Shown here in pieces: positions 29,089-37,218 of a stretch of 64,000 nucleotides of DNA. The notes under the pieces were generated by a model. The model had not been told where the DNA came from, ran no database searches, and worked only from the letters and a program-made list of their open reading frames with translations. Within the stretch, counting starts at the first letter, position 1. Every line of letters starts with the position of its first letter. This stretch comes from Eubacteriales bacterium (lineage in GTDB: Bacteria; Bacillota; Clostridia; Lachnospirales; Lachnospiraceae). Location: NCBI GenBank assembly GCA_036453145.1, contig JAZHVT010000003.1:29156-93155 (forward strand), given 5' to 3'. A program made the translations under genes and the position numbers.

Positions 29089-30229
29089 TTGGTAGAGTTA
29101 GATCCGATCAAGCTTGAACTGAATTCCTACGACCAGCCATTAGTTGAAATGAGGGACTCACTTTGACCTCGCTGTCAAAGAGAAGCGAATCCAGGAATTA
29201 AACAGAGAAATGGAAGATCCTCATTTCTGGGACAATCCGGATGAGGCGACAAAGAAGCAGAGACTTCTCGGAAATCTGAAGAACGATGTGGAGACGTACA
29301 ACAAGCTTGTCTCCGATCACGACGATATCCGGGACATGATCGAGATGGCCGACGAAGAGCCGGATCCGTCTATCGTTCCGGAGGTCGAGGAGATGTTCGA
29401 GGATTTCAAGAACAAATTCGAGACGCTCCGCATGAAGACACTGCTCTCCGGCGAGTATGACGAATGCAACGCAATCGTCACGCTTCACGCGGGCACGGGC
29501 GGAACAGAGGCCATGGACTGGACGAGCATGCTTTACCGCATGTACTCGAGGTGGGCGGAGTCCCACGGCTTCCAGGTTGAGGTCCTTGACAGCCTTGACG
29601 GCGACGAGGCGGGCCTGAAGTCTATCACGTTCCAGGTAAACGGCGAGAATGCGTACGGTCTTCTGAAGTCCGAGCACGGTGTACACCGGCTCGTCCGCAT
29701 CAGCCCGTTCAACGCGAACGGCAAGAGACAGACTTCATTTTCCGCATGCGAGGTCATGCCGGACATCGAGGAGGACATCGATATCGAAATTGATCCGAAG
29801 GATATCCGGATTGATACATACCGCTCATCCGGTGCCGGCGGCCAGCATATCAACAAGACATCGTCGGCAATCCGCATCACGCATTTCCCGACGGGAATTG
29901 TCGTCACATGCCAGAATGAGCGCTCGCAGTTCCAGAACAAGGACAAGGCGTTCCAGGAGCTGAAGATCAAGCTGTTCATGCTGAAGCAGCAGGAAAATGC
30001 GGAGAAGCTCGATGATATCCGCGGCAAGGTCACGGACATCGCCTGGGGCAACCAGATCCGCTCGTATTTCCTTCAGCCGTATCAGCTGATCAAGGATCTG
30101 CGGACGGGCGAAGAGCAGACCAATGCACAGAAGGTGCTCGATGGCGGCATCGATCCGTTCATCAATGCGTACCTCAAGTGGATTGCTCTTGGCAATAAGG
30201 ATCAGAAGGACAAGACGGAAGCGAGATAA
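29089..30229 (+). CDS. prfB: Peptide chain release factor 2, with programmed +1 frameshift
   Basis: TTG 29089 after GAGGGTGA gives 25 codons to CTT TGA C (29161-67) preceded by internal SD AGGG; the +1 frame joins ORF 29210-30229 carrying the SPF anticodon mimic and GAGGQ. Confidence 0.97.
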
Positions 30230-30324
30230 CACATACGTCCGGAGGCGGCTGCAGGTCATCAGTACCAGCGGACGCTGCCGGATCATCAGGAAGCCGGGCG
30301 GGATTCGGAAGAAAGGCTGAAAAT

Positions 30325-31548
30325 ATGATCAATATAGCAATTATGGGTTACGGCACCGTAGGTGCAGGCGTATTCAAGGTTCTCAAAATGAACAGCGAGG
30401 CGATCACACGCCGCGTTGGTCACAGACTGAATATCAAGTATGTTCTGGATCTCAGGGACTTCCCGGGCGATCCGGCTGAGGACGTACTGACACACGACTT
30501 CAATGATATCCTGAATGATGACTCCGTCAGCATTGTTGTGGAGACAATGGGAGGACTGAAGCCGGCGTATAATTTCACGAAGGAGCTGCTGCTTGCAGGC
30601 AAGAACGTCTGCACGTCCAACAAGGAGCTGGTCGCCGAGCACGGTGTTGAGCTTCGCTCCATCGCACACGATATGAGCTGCAATTATCTGTTCGAGGCGA
30701 GCTGCGGCGGCGGTATTCCGATCATCCGCGTCCTCAATTCATCGCTCACAGCCGAGGAGATCGAGGAAGTGACGGGTATCCTGAACGGCACGACGAATTA
30801 TATTCTGACGAGCATGACGCAGGAGGGCGCGGACTTCAACGACGCGCTCAAGGAGGCTCAGCAGAAGGGCTTTGCGGAGCTTCATCCGGAGGCTGATATC
30901 GAGGGAATGGATGCGTGCCGCAAGATCGCGATCCTCTCCTCTCTCGCATATGGCAAGCATGTTAATTACAATTACGTGCCGACAGAGGGAATCACGAATG
31001 TTGATGCGACAGATATCCGGTATGCAAAGCAGCTCGGCGTCGTCATCAAGCTTCTCGCGACGAGCCGCCGTGAGAAGGAGGGCACATGGGCGATGGTCGC
31101 GCCGATGATGATCGGCAGTGAAAACCCGCTCTCTGCTGTCGATGGCGTCATGAATGCGGTCATGGTCAAGGGCAATGCGGTCGGAACGACTATGTTTTAC
31201 GGCAGCGGTGCAGGCTCTCTTCCGACGGCAAGCGCTGTGTGCGGCGATGTAATCGATGCCGCAAAGCATCTTCATACGACGATCAAGACGGATTCCGGAA
31301 CCGGCGTTACGATGAGACTCATGAAGATTGACAATGTGGCGCGCCCGTTCTTTGTCCGCTTCAGCGGAACAGAGGATGAGGCAAGAGCAGCGTTCGGGGA
31401 TATTCATGATATCATCCGCCTTGATGGCGTGGACGGCGAGTTCGGCTTCCTTACACCGACCATGAAGGAGGGCGATTTCAAGGCTGCGGCAGAGAAGTCC
31501 GGCAAAGTGATCAAGTGGTACAGAAGAGGAAAGAAAGAAGAACAGTAA
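30325..31548 (+). CDS. hom: Homoserine dehydrogenase
   Basis: GYGTVGAG, TSNKELVA, EASCGGGIP, GILNGTTNYIL, DIEGMDACRK. Confidence 0.95.
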   Translation: MINIAIMGYGTVGAGVFKVLKMNSEAITRRVGHRLNIKYVLDLRDFPGDPAEDVLTHDFNDILNDDSVSIVVETMGGLKPAYNFTKELLLAGKNVCTSNKELVAEHGVELRSIAHDMSCNYLFEASCGGGIPIIRVLNSSLTAEEIEEVTGILNGTTNYILTSMTQEGADFNDALKEAQQKGFAELHPEADIEGMDACRKIAILSSLAYGKHVNYNYVPTEGITNVDATDIRYAKQLGVVIKLLATSRREKEGTWAMVAPMMIGSENPLSAVDGVMNAVMVKGNAVGTTMFYGSGAGSLPTASAVCGDVIDAAKHLHTTIKTDSGTGVTMRLMKIDNVARPFFVRFSGTEDEARAAFGDIHDIIRLDGVDGEFGFLTPTMKEGDFKAAAEKSGKVIKWYRRGKKEEQ

Positions 31549-32769
31549 ATGCTGACAGTCAAAAAGTTCGCCGGCTCTTCAGCCGGCTCACCGGAGCAGC
31601 TCCGGAACGTAGCCAGGCGGTGTATCGAGGACTATGAAAAGGGCGATGATATCGTTGCCGTTATTTCATCGGGTGATACGCTGGCCGGATCACTGAGGAA
31701 GCAGGCGGGCGTTATCAGCGATTCTCCTTCCAAGCGAGAGCTTGATATGCTTATGACGACGGGGGCACAGGGAACTGCGGCTCTCCTCGCCATGACACTC
31801 GAGTCACTCGGTGTGCGGGCCATCTCCCTCAACGCCTTTCAGGCGGGCATTCATGTGACGGGAAGGTATGGCGAGGCGCGTCTCAAGAAAATCGACGGAA
31901 CCCGGATTCTGGATGAGCTCGGGGACCGGACTGTAGTCGTTGTTGCCGGCGATCAGGGCGTGAATGCCTATCATGACCTCGCAACACTGGGGCCGGGAGG
32001 CAGTAATATAACGGCTGTTGAGCTCGCAGGGGCCCTGAAGGCTGACAGCTGCGAATATTATACGGATGTCGACGGCATCTATACAGCTGATCCGTCCATC
32101 TGTCCGAAGGCCCGTGTTCTCCGCGATGTGACATACGGGGAAATGATGGACCTGGCGACGCTCGGAACCGGAAGCATACAGCCGGAGTGTGTTGAGCGCG
32201 CGAAGAAATACGGAATTCCGCTTGTGATCCGCTCACTGGAGCACAGGACAGAAGGGACGATTGTCAGAGAGGAGACTGTTTTGGAGAAAAATCTGATCAG
32301 CGGAGTTGCGCTGGACAAGAAGACAGACCGCGTGTCTGTTCTCGGGCTCAGGGATGAGCCGGGCGTTGCGTACCGTCTGTTTGATATTCTTGCAAAGGCG
32401 CAGGTCAATGTGGACCAGATTCTTCAGTCTCTCGGTCATGACGGGTCTGAGGACATTTCATTTACATGCCCGGAGGACCAGGTGGAGAAGGCCGTGGAGA
32501 CGCTGGAAAACAGCCGTGAGAAGCTGCCGTTTACAAAAATAGATGTCGACAGGGACACGGCCAAGGTCATGGTGACAGGATCCGGCATGATCGGCCGTCC
32601 GGGAGTCGCCGCGAAGCTGTTTGAGGCGCTCTACAATGAGAATATTAATATTTCGATGATATCGACCTCGGAGTTCCGGATTACCTGCATTATCAGCAGA
32701 AAGGATGGCGAAAAGGCTGTGAATGCGATTCATGATGCCTTCAGCCTGGATAAGTCATTCGCAGAGTGA
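31549..32769 (+). CDS. Aspartate kinase homologue (LysC-type, two ACT domains) with degenerate catalytic motifs
   Basis: AK-like N-terminus (TDVDGIYTADP retained) plus two ACT domains; KFAGSS, SSGDTLAG, TGAQ, AGDQG and LGPGGSN replace canonical motifs. Confidence 0.85.
   Translation: MLTVKKFAGSSAGSPEQLRNVARRCIEDYEKGDDIVAVISSGDTLAGSLRKQAGVISDSPSKRELDMLMTTGAQGTAALLAMTLESLGVRAISLNAFQAGIHVTGRYGEARLKKIDGTRILDELGDRTVVVVAGDQGVNAYHDLATLGPGGSNITAVELAGALKADSCEYYTDVDGIYTADPSICPKARVLRDVTYGEMMDLATLGTGSIQPECVERAKKYGIPLVIRSLEHRTEGTIVREETVLEKNLISGVALDKKTDRVSVLGLRDEPGVAYRLFDILAKAQVNVDQILQSLGHDGSEDISFTCPEDQVEKAVETLENSREKLPFTKIDVDRDTAKVMVTGSGMIGRPGVAAKLFEALYNENINISMISTSEFRITCIISRKDGEKAVNAIHDAFSLDKSFAE
32281..32769 (+). 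CDS. Putative internally initiated beta (ACT-only) subunit, 162 aa
   Basis: In-frame TTG at 32281, 6 nt after AGGAG, at the position where LysC beta subunits start (LEKNLISGVA). Confidence 0.55.
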   Translation: MEKNLISGVALDKKTDRVSVLGLRDEPGVAYRLFDILAKAQVNVDQILQSLGHDGSEDISFTCPEDQVEKAVETLENSREKLPFTKIDVDRDTAKVMVTGSGMIGRPGVAAKLFEALYNENINISMISTSEFRITCIISRKDGEKAVNAIHDAFSLDKSFAE

Positions 32770-32856
32770 GCTGAGAATGCGCGGGTGGAAAAGAGCTCTC
32801 TGAGAGATCAAGATTGACAAACATATATTCGATATAACGGCGATATTTTGTCATAC

Positions 32857-32898
32857 GAGCCGGGAAGGCGGTCAGAAACCGCTTTCCCGGCTCTTTTT
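32857..32898 (+). terminator. Intrinsic terminator after the hom-AK operon
   Basis: GAGCCGGGAAGGCGGT/ACCGCTTTCCCGGCTC plus TTTTT. Confidence 0.85.
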
Positions 32899-32906
32899 AT
32901 CCCTTC

Positions 32907-32987
32907 ATGTAACACGAATGTAAAGTATATGTAAAATCTATGGTAATTAAAATTTCCGTTATGTAAAATAGAGGTATGCTATATAAT
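32907..32987 (+). promoter_or_regulatory. 11-bp periodic TGTAAH boxes (PhoP/OmpR-family-like) and -10 TATAAT
   Basis: ATGTAA at 32907, 32918 and 32929, ATGGTA at 32940, ATGTAA at 32961; TATAAT at 32982 with a poor -35. Confidence 0.7.
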
Positions 32988-33099
32988 ATCTGAGTAAAGC
33001 GGGCCTGTCACAGATCCCGTTTTTCAAAGGAAGGCTGAAGGAATATGGAAATTATCCGGGGCAATGAGGTCCCGGAGTCTGGGGAAAGGAGAACAGACC

Positions 33100-34851
33100 T
33101 TGTCTATTCTGAATTTTGTCGAGCTTTTCGGCGGCCTTGCATTTTTCCTGTATGGTATGACACTGATGTCCGGTTCATTGGAGAAGATGACGGGCGGCCA
33201 GCTCGAAAAAATGCTCAAGAAGGCAACTGACAACCCATGGAAGGGACTTCTTGTCGGAACGATCATCACGATTGCGATCCAGTCGTCATCCGCGACGACT
33301 GTCATGCTGGTCGGCTTCGTCAACTCCGGCATTATGGAGCTGCATCAGACGATCAGTGTCATCATGGGATCGGATATCGGCACAACACTGACAGCATGGA
33401 TTCTCTCACTGACAGGCATCGATGACTCGGCGAGCCCGGTGCTCTCGATGCTGAAGCCGGAAAATTTTTCGCTTGTGTTCGCGGTCGTCGGCATTTTACT
33501 GCTGATGGTCTCAAAGAAGCAGAAGCGGAAGGACCTCGGTACGATTCTGATCGGCTTCGCAATTCTTATGACGGGTATGTCGATGATGAGCTCGTCTATG
33601 AGTCCTCTCGCGAATGATCCGAAATTCCAGAATGCGCTTGTTGCGTTCAGCAACCCGGTGCTGGGTGTCCTGATCGGCGCGGTGATCACCGGTATCATTC
33701 AGAGCTCGGCGGCGTCCATCGGTATTCTGCAGTCCCTGTCCATGACGGGTCTCATTTCCTACAAGGTGGCCATTCCGATTATCATGGGATGTAATATCGG
33801 AACGTGCATGACGGCGATTCTCTCATCGATCGGTGTCAACCGCAAGGCAAAGCGCGTCGCGGCAGTCCATATTTCGATCAAGATCATCGGTACGATTTTC
33901 TGGCTGATTGTCTTTGAGGTATTAAATGCGATCTTCCATTTTGCAGTCCTGGACAGCATGGCGAACCCGGTCGGCATCGCGATCAGCCACACGATTTTCA
34001 ACCTGCTGACCATTCTTCTGCTGTTCCCGTTCCAGAAGCAGCTTGACAGACTTGCGCATATCATGATCAAGGATACGGAGGAGGAGCAGGAGCTCTTCCT
34101 TGATGAGCGCCTGATGGTGACGCCGTCGATCGCGGTTGCGGAATGTCAGAATGCGATGGACAAGATGGTCAGAAAGGCAAGCAAGGGTCTCGACGCGGCC
34201 ATCGATCTGCTGTACAACGGCTATTCGCAGGAGAAGTTCGATTTCGTCGGGAAAAATGAAAAGAAAATCGACTCCTACGAGGACCATATCGGCGCGTATC
34301 TCATGAAGCTGACGACGACCCAGCATCTGTCAGAGGCAGACAAGCGCGCGGCATCGACGATGCTTCATGGCATCGGAGAATTCGAGCGGCTCGCGGACCA
34401 TGCGCACTACATGGCAAAATCAGCGGAGGAGCTGAATGACAAGAAGATTCAGTTCTCGCCGCAGGCACAGGTGGAGCTGAAGAAGCTTCTTGAAGCGGTT
34501 CAGGAAATTTACATGCTTGCGGCCCAGTGCTATGAAAAGCAGGACCTCAGCGTGGCGAGAAGGATCGAGCCTCTGCAGGATGTCATCTCTGTGATCTGTG
34601 AGTCACTGAAGGAGCGCCATATCGAGCGGCTGGAGACAGGCGTATGTACGGCTGAGCAGGGCTTCATTTTTAATGATATTCTGTACAGCTGCGGGAGAAT
34701 TGCCGATCACAGCATGAACATTGCAGCCATCGTGCTCCGCATTGCGACGGCTTCGTCGGGCGAGGGCTACATGCACGACATCAAGAAGCACCATTCCCCG
34801 GAAAATGAGAAAATGTACGACGAGTACTACGAGAAATTCATGCCGGTATAA
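33100..34851 (+). CDS. Na+/phosphate cotransporter with C-terminal PhoU domains
   Basis: GGLAFFLYGM, two QSS repeats (IQSSSATT, IQSSAAS), GCNIGTC, PhoU ERLADH; TTG 33100 after AAGGAGA. Confidence 0.92.
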   Translation: MSILNFVELFGGLAFFLYGMTLMSGSLEKMTGGQLEKMLKKATDNPWKGLLVGTIITIAIQSSSATTVMLVGFVNSGIMELHQTISVIMGSDIGTTLTAWILSLTGIDDSASPVLSMLKPENFSLVFAVVGILLLMVSKKQKRKDLGTILIGFAILMTGMSMMSSSMSPLANDPKFQNALVAFSNPVLGVLIGAVITGIIQSSAASIGILQSLSMTGLISYKVAIPIIMGCNIGTCMTAILSSIGVNRKAKRVAAVHISIKIIGTIFWLIVFEVLNAIFHFAVLDSMANPVGIAISHTIFNLLTILLLFPFQKQLDRLAHIMIKDTEEEQELFLDERLMVTPSIAVAECQNAMDKMVRKASKGLDAAIDLLYNGYSQEKFDFVGKNEKKIDSYEDHIGAYLMKLTTTQHLSEADKRAASTMLHGIGEFERLADHAHYMAKSAEELNDKKIQFSPQAQVELKKLLEAVQEIYMLAAQCYEKQDLSVARRIEPLQDVISVICESLKERHIERLETGVCTAEQGFIFNDILYSCGRIADHSMNIAAIVLRIATASSGEGYMHDIKKHHSPENEKMYDEYYEKFMPV

Positions 34852-34857
34852 AACATC

Positions 34858-34893
34858 AAAAAAGAGCTTCCGCATATGCGGAGGCTCTTTTTT
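34858..34893. terminator. Bidirectional terminator
   Basis: AAAAAGAGCTTCCGC-ATAT-GCGGAGGCTCTTTTTT. Confidence 0.85.
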
Positions 34894-34944
34894 GATCGGG
34901 TAAGAACATTCGGCTATTGCGCCTGAAGCGGTGCCGCCCGGTCT

Positions 34945-35187
34945 TTATTCTGCTGCCGGAGCACCATTCTCCGGATGTGTCTCCTTGTAATCAAGGTAAT
35001 CGTTGACGGCCTTCTCGACAATGTCGGAGTCCATGCCATGGACCATAGCGGCCTCATCCAGGGACTCACCCTGAGATGCCGGGCATCCGAGGCAGTGCAT
35101 GCCCATGCTCATGAGAAGCGGTGCAATGTTGATGTCGACACGAAGAATGTCGCCGATTGTCATATCTTTTGTGATGTGCTGTGCCAT
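34945..35187 (-). CDS. DUF1858 domain protein
   Basis: [35 protein letters not shown]; SD GGAGG. Confidence 0.9.
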   Translation of the reverse strand: MAQHITKDMTIGDILRVDINIAPLLMSMGMHCLGCPASQGESLDEAAMVHGMDSDIVEKAVNDYLDYKETHPENGAPAAE

Positions 35188-35313
35188 ATGTATCCCTCCG
35201 GAACTGATGTTTTATACGCTGTTATCCGCACGATATGCGGGACAGCTATGTGTCGTCGATAGATAGTGTCAGTATAAGCCTAAACCAGACCATTTTGCAA
35301 GGATTTATTTTGA

Positions 35314-35342
35314 TTGCATTTGTCATGAAGAGGGATTAGAAT
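35314..35342 (+). promoter_or_regulatory. sigmaA promoter of ferredoxin (divergent promoter for DUF1858 adjacent)
   Basis: TTGCAT-17-TAGAAT on +; TTGCAA-18-TATACT on - within about 35270-35300. Confidence 0.7.
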
Positions 35343-35384
35343 AGCGGTATAGCATTTATGCACAACTCAAGGAGGTAATAAATC

Positions 35385-35555
35385 ATGGCATATGTTATTT
35401 CTGATGAATGCGTCAGCTGCGGCACATGCGCAGGTGAGTGCCCGGTAGGAGCTATTTCTGAGGGCGATTCTCATTATGAGATCAATCCGGATGAGTGCGT
35501 TGAGTGCGGCACATGCGCAGCAGCATGTCCGACAGGCGCTATCTCCCAGGGCTGA
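35385..35555 (+). CDS. fdx: Clostridial-type 2[4Fe-4S] ferredoxin (56 aa; absent from the ORF track)
   Basis: MAYVISDECVSCGTCAGECPVGAISEGDSHYEINPDECVECGTCAAACPTGAISQG; two CxxCxxCxxxCP motifs; SD AAGGAGGT. Confidence 0.97.
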   Translation: MAYVISDECVSCGTCAGECPVGAISEGDSHYEINPDECVECGTCAAACPTGAISQG

Positions 35556-35571
35556 GATAAGCGTGAGACAG

Positions 35572-35610
35572 AAAAAGAGGACCGGTGCAAAGGCACCGGC
35601 CCTCTTTTTT
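35572..35610. terminator. Bidirectional terminator between fdx and mecA
   Basis: AAAAAGAGGACCGGTGC-AAAG-GCACCGGCCCTCTTTTTT. Confidence 0.85.
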
Positions 35611-36362
35611 TACAGCTCTCCGAGCTTTTCAACTGCGTTCCCTGAGACAACGATCTCCTCATGTTCACGGAGATGAGCTTCGCCGGCAGCGGAGAGCATC
35701 TCACTCTTGCCGTACTCGGACAGGGTGTTGCAGATTCTGTTGAAATCCTCCGGCGTGTGACTGCCCTGATGAACCGCGAGCAGATACTCCCCGGATTTCC
35801 GGATCCGGTACAGCGAGCTGTCCGACTTGAAGAAGCCGCGTAGCGCGCGGGAGCCCGCGATTACGGAATCGAGGTCCATGAACCGGAAGAGACGCAGAAG
35901 CTGTACGGGCTCTGTCCTGGTCTTGCCTGCAGACCGCGGTGTGCTGTCGGCGGGCATTCCTTTCTTAGCCTTAGTGCCTGCCTTTTTTGCGTCAAGCAGT
36001 CTGTGAAAAACATCGATCATATCGTCGGCGCCCTCGACATTCCAGTCGATTCCCTCATCGGCCTTTATGCTGGTCGGAGAGAACTTCGAGAAGCGGTTGT
36101 CGAGCTCGGCCGGATCATCGACACGCGTGATGATGAGCGTGAGTGCGTGCTCCGCCTCAGGAATTGCCTCGATCATGATCGGAATATTGTCGCCGGCACG
36201 GAATCCGAAACGGCGGTTTGCCTCGAGCATCATGTCGCGGAAAAGCTGCTTCGCCTTGTCAGAGCCATAGACGAGCTCCCCGATGTCGATGCTCCGGTCT
36301 GCCAGATCCTGGCTGGTCAGTGTGCACTTGATCTGATTATCATTGATTTTCTCTATCTTCAT
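35610..36362 (-). CDS. mecA: ClpCP adaptor protein MecA
   Basis: MKIEKINDNQIKCTL..DL..R, LFRDMM, MIEAIP, ICNTLSEYG, HLREHEE. Confidence 0.88.
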   Translation of the reverse strand: MKIEKINDNQIKCTLTSQDLADRSIDIGELVYGSDKAKQLFRDMMLEANRRFGFRAGDNIPIMIEAIPEAEHALTLIITRVDDPAELDNRFSKFSPTSIKADEGIDWNVEGADDMIDVFHRLLDAKKAGTKAKKGMPADSTPRSAGKTRTEPVQLLRLFRFMDLDSVIAGSRALRGFFKSDSSLYRIRKSGEYLLAVHQGSHTPEDFNRICNTLSEYGKSEMLSAAGEAHLREHEEIVVSGNAVEKLGEL

Positions 36363-36369
36363 GCCCGTA

Positions 36370-36398
36370 ATTATACGCCGGGAACATCTCCTTGTAAA
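36370..36398 (-). promoter_or_regulatory. sigmaA promoter placing the TSS at the mecA start codon (leaderless-type)
   Basis: Minus strand TTTACA-17-TATAAT-7 nt-ATG; no SD in the 7 nt (TACGGGC). Confidence 0.65.
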
Positions 36399-36638
36399 TG
36401 AGATGGGATCTTGTCAATATTCACAGAACTTTTTGCAGGATCTATTGGAGTTTCGAAAAATCCATTGCCAAATACCCCTGATCCGCTATAATCCAAGGCA
36501 CAGAAGCGCATCTGTTGTGACATGCGGCGCGGCACGGCCGGCTTCGCCGCAGAGGCAAGGGCGGAGATTTCTATCCGCGGGCCCGATACGTGGCAGTGCA
36601 GCGGAGAGGGCAGTTGTAAACTCACACGAGGAATCACA

Positions 36639-36872
36639 ATGGAAAAACAAAATCGTCAGGAAAAAGGACCGTACAGACAGTACCGCAGAGAGCTTCAGTC
36701 ACTGCGGGACGGCGGATGCAGGCTTTATTATCCCGGCGACCGGGAGATTACGCCGAAGCAGATGGCGGAAACGATGGCGTCGGACCTGGGAGCGACCTAC
36801 ATGCGTGATACCGTCTACGATCAGAAAGGGAGGCCGGTCGGAATACATTTTCAGAGAATTAACCTGGAATAA
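36639..36872 (+). CDS. Small hypothetical protein (77 aa)
   Basis: SD GAGGA, promoter TTGCCA-16-TATAAT (36465-92); C-terminal YMRD..YDQKG....HFQRI pattern looks like a conserved small clostridial protein (recollection, unverified). Confidence 0.65.
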   Translation: MEKQNRQEKGPYRQYRRELQSLRDGGCRLYYPGDREITPKQMAETMASDLGATYMRDTVYDQKGRPVGIHFQRINLE

Positions 36873-36990
36873 CAGAGCGGAGACTGCTGATTCCAGCTTT
36901 ATAACACGAAAACAGACATAGTAAGAATTACTGCGGGCAATAATAATTTCATAAGTAAAGACTGCCGCAAAATGGGCAGACTGACAGATG

Positions 36991-37058
36991 GAACCGTGTG
37001 GAAGGAAATTCCGGAAAATCTTTCCGGGGCGTGCATATGCCTTCACACGGTTCTTTTT
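36991..37058 (+). terminator. Long hairpin with U-tract
   Basis: GAACCGTGTG(GAAGG)...(CCTT)CACACGGTTC plus TTTTT. Confidence 0.65.
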
Positions 37059-37160
37059 GTAATTATTCAGCACCCCTCGGAAAAATGATGAAAGCCGGAC
37101 GAAGAGCAGGCTCTCCCTTCATCTTTCTCAATGCTCCGAGGGGTGCTGAATAATTACATT
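37059..37160. repeat. REP/MITE-like family A element with 22-bp perfect terminal IR
   Basis: GTAATTATTCAGCACCCCTCGG / CCGAGGGGTGCTGAATAATTAC; the reverse complement of 37142-60 is identical (19/19) to 15460-78. Confidence 0.85.
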
Positions 37161-37218
37161 TACGAAAGGTTCCATCCTTGGTATAATGATGCCAAATGCG
37201 AGGTTATAGATAAAGTAC

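Noticed and set aside
15460-37160. Dispersed repeats as a CRISPR array or IS ends
   Set aside because: No regular repeat-spacer periodicity, no cas genes and no transposase in the window.
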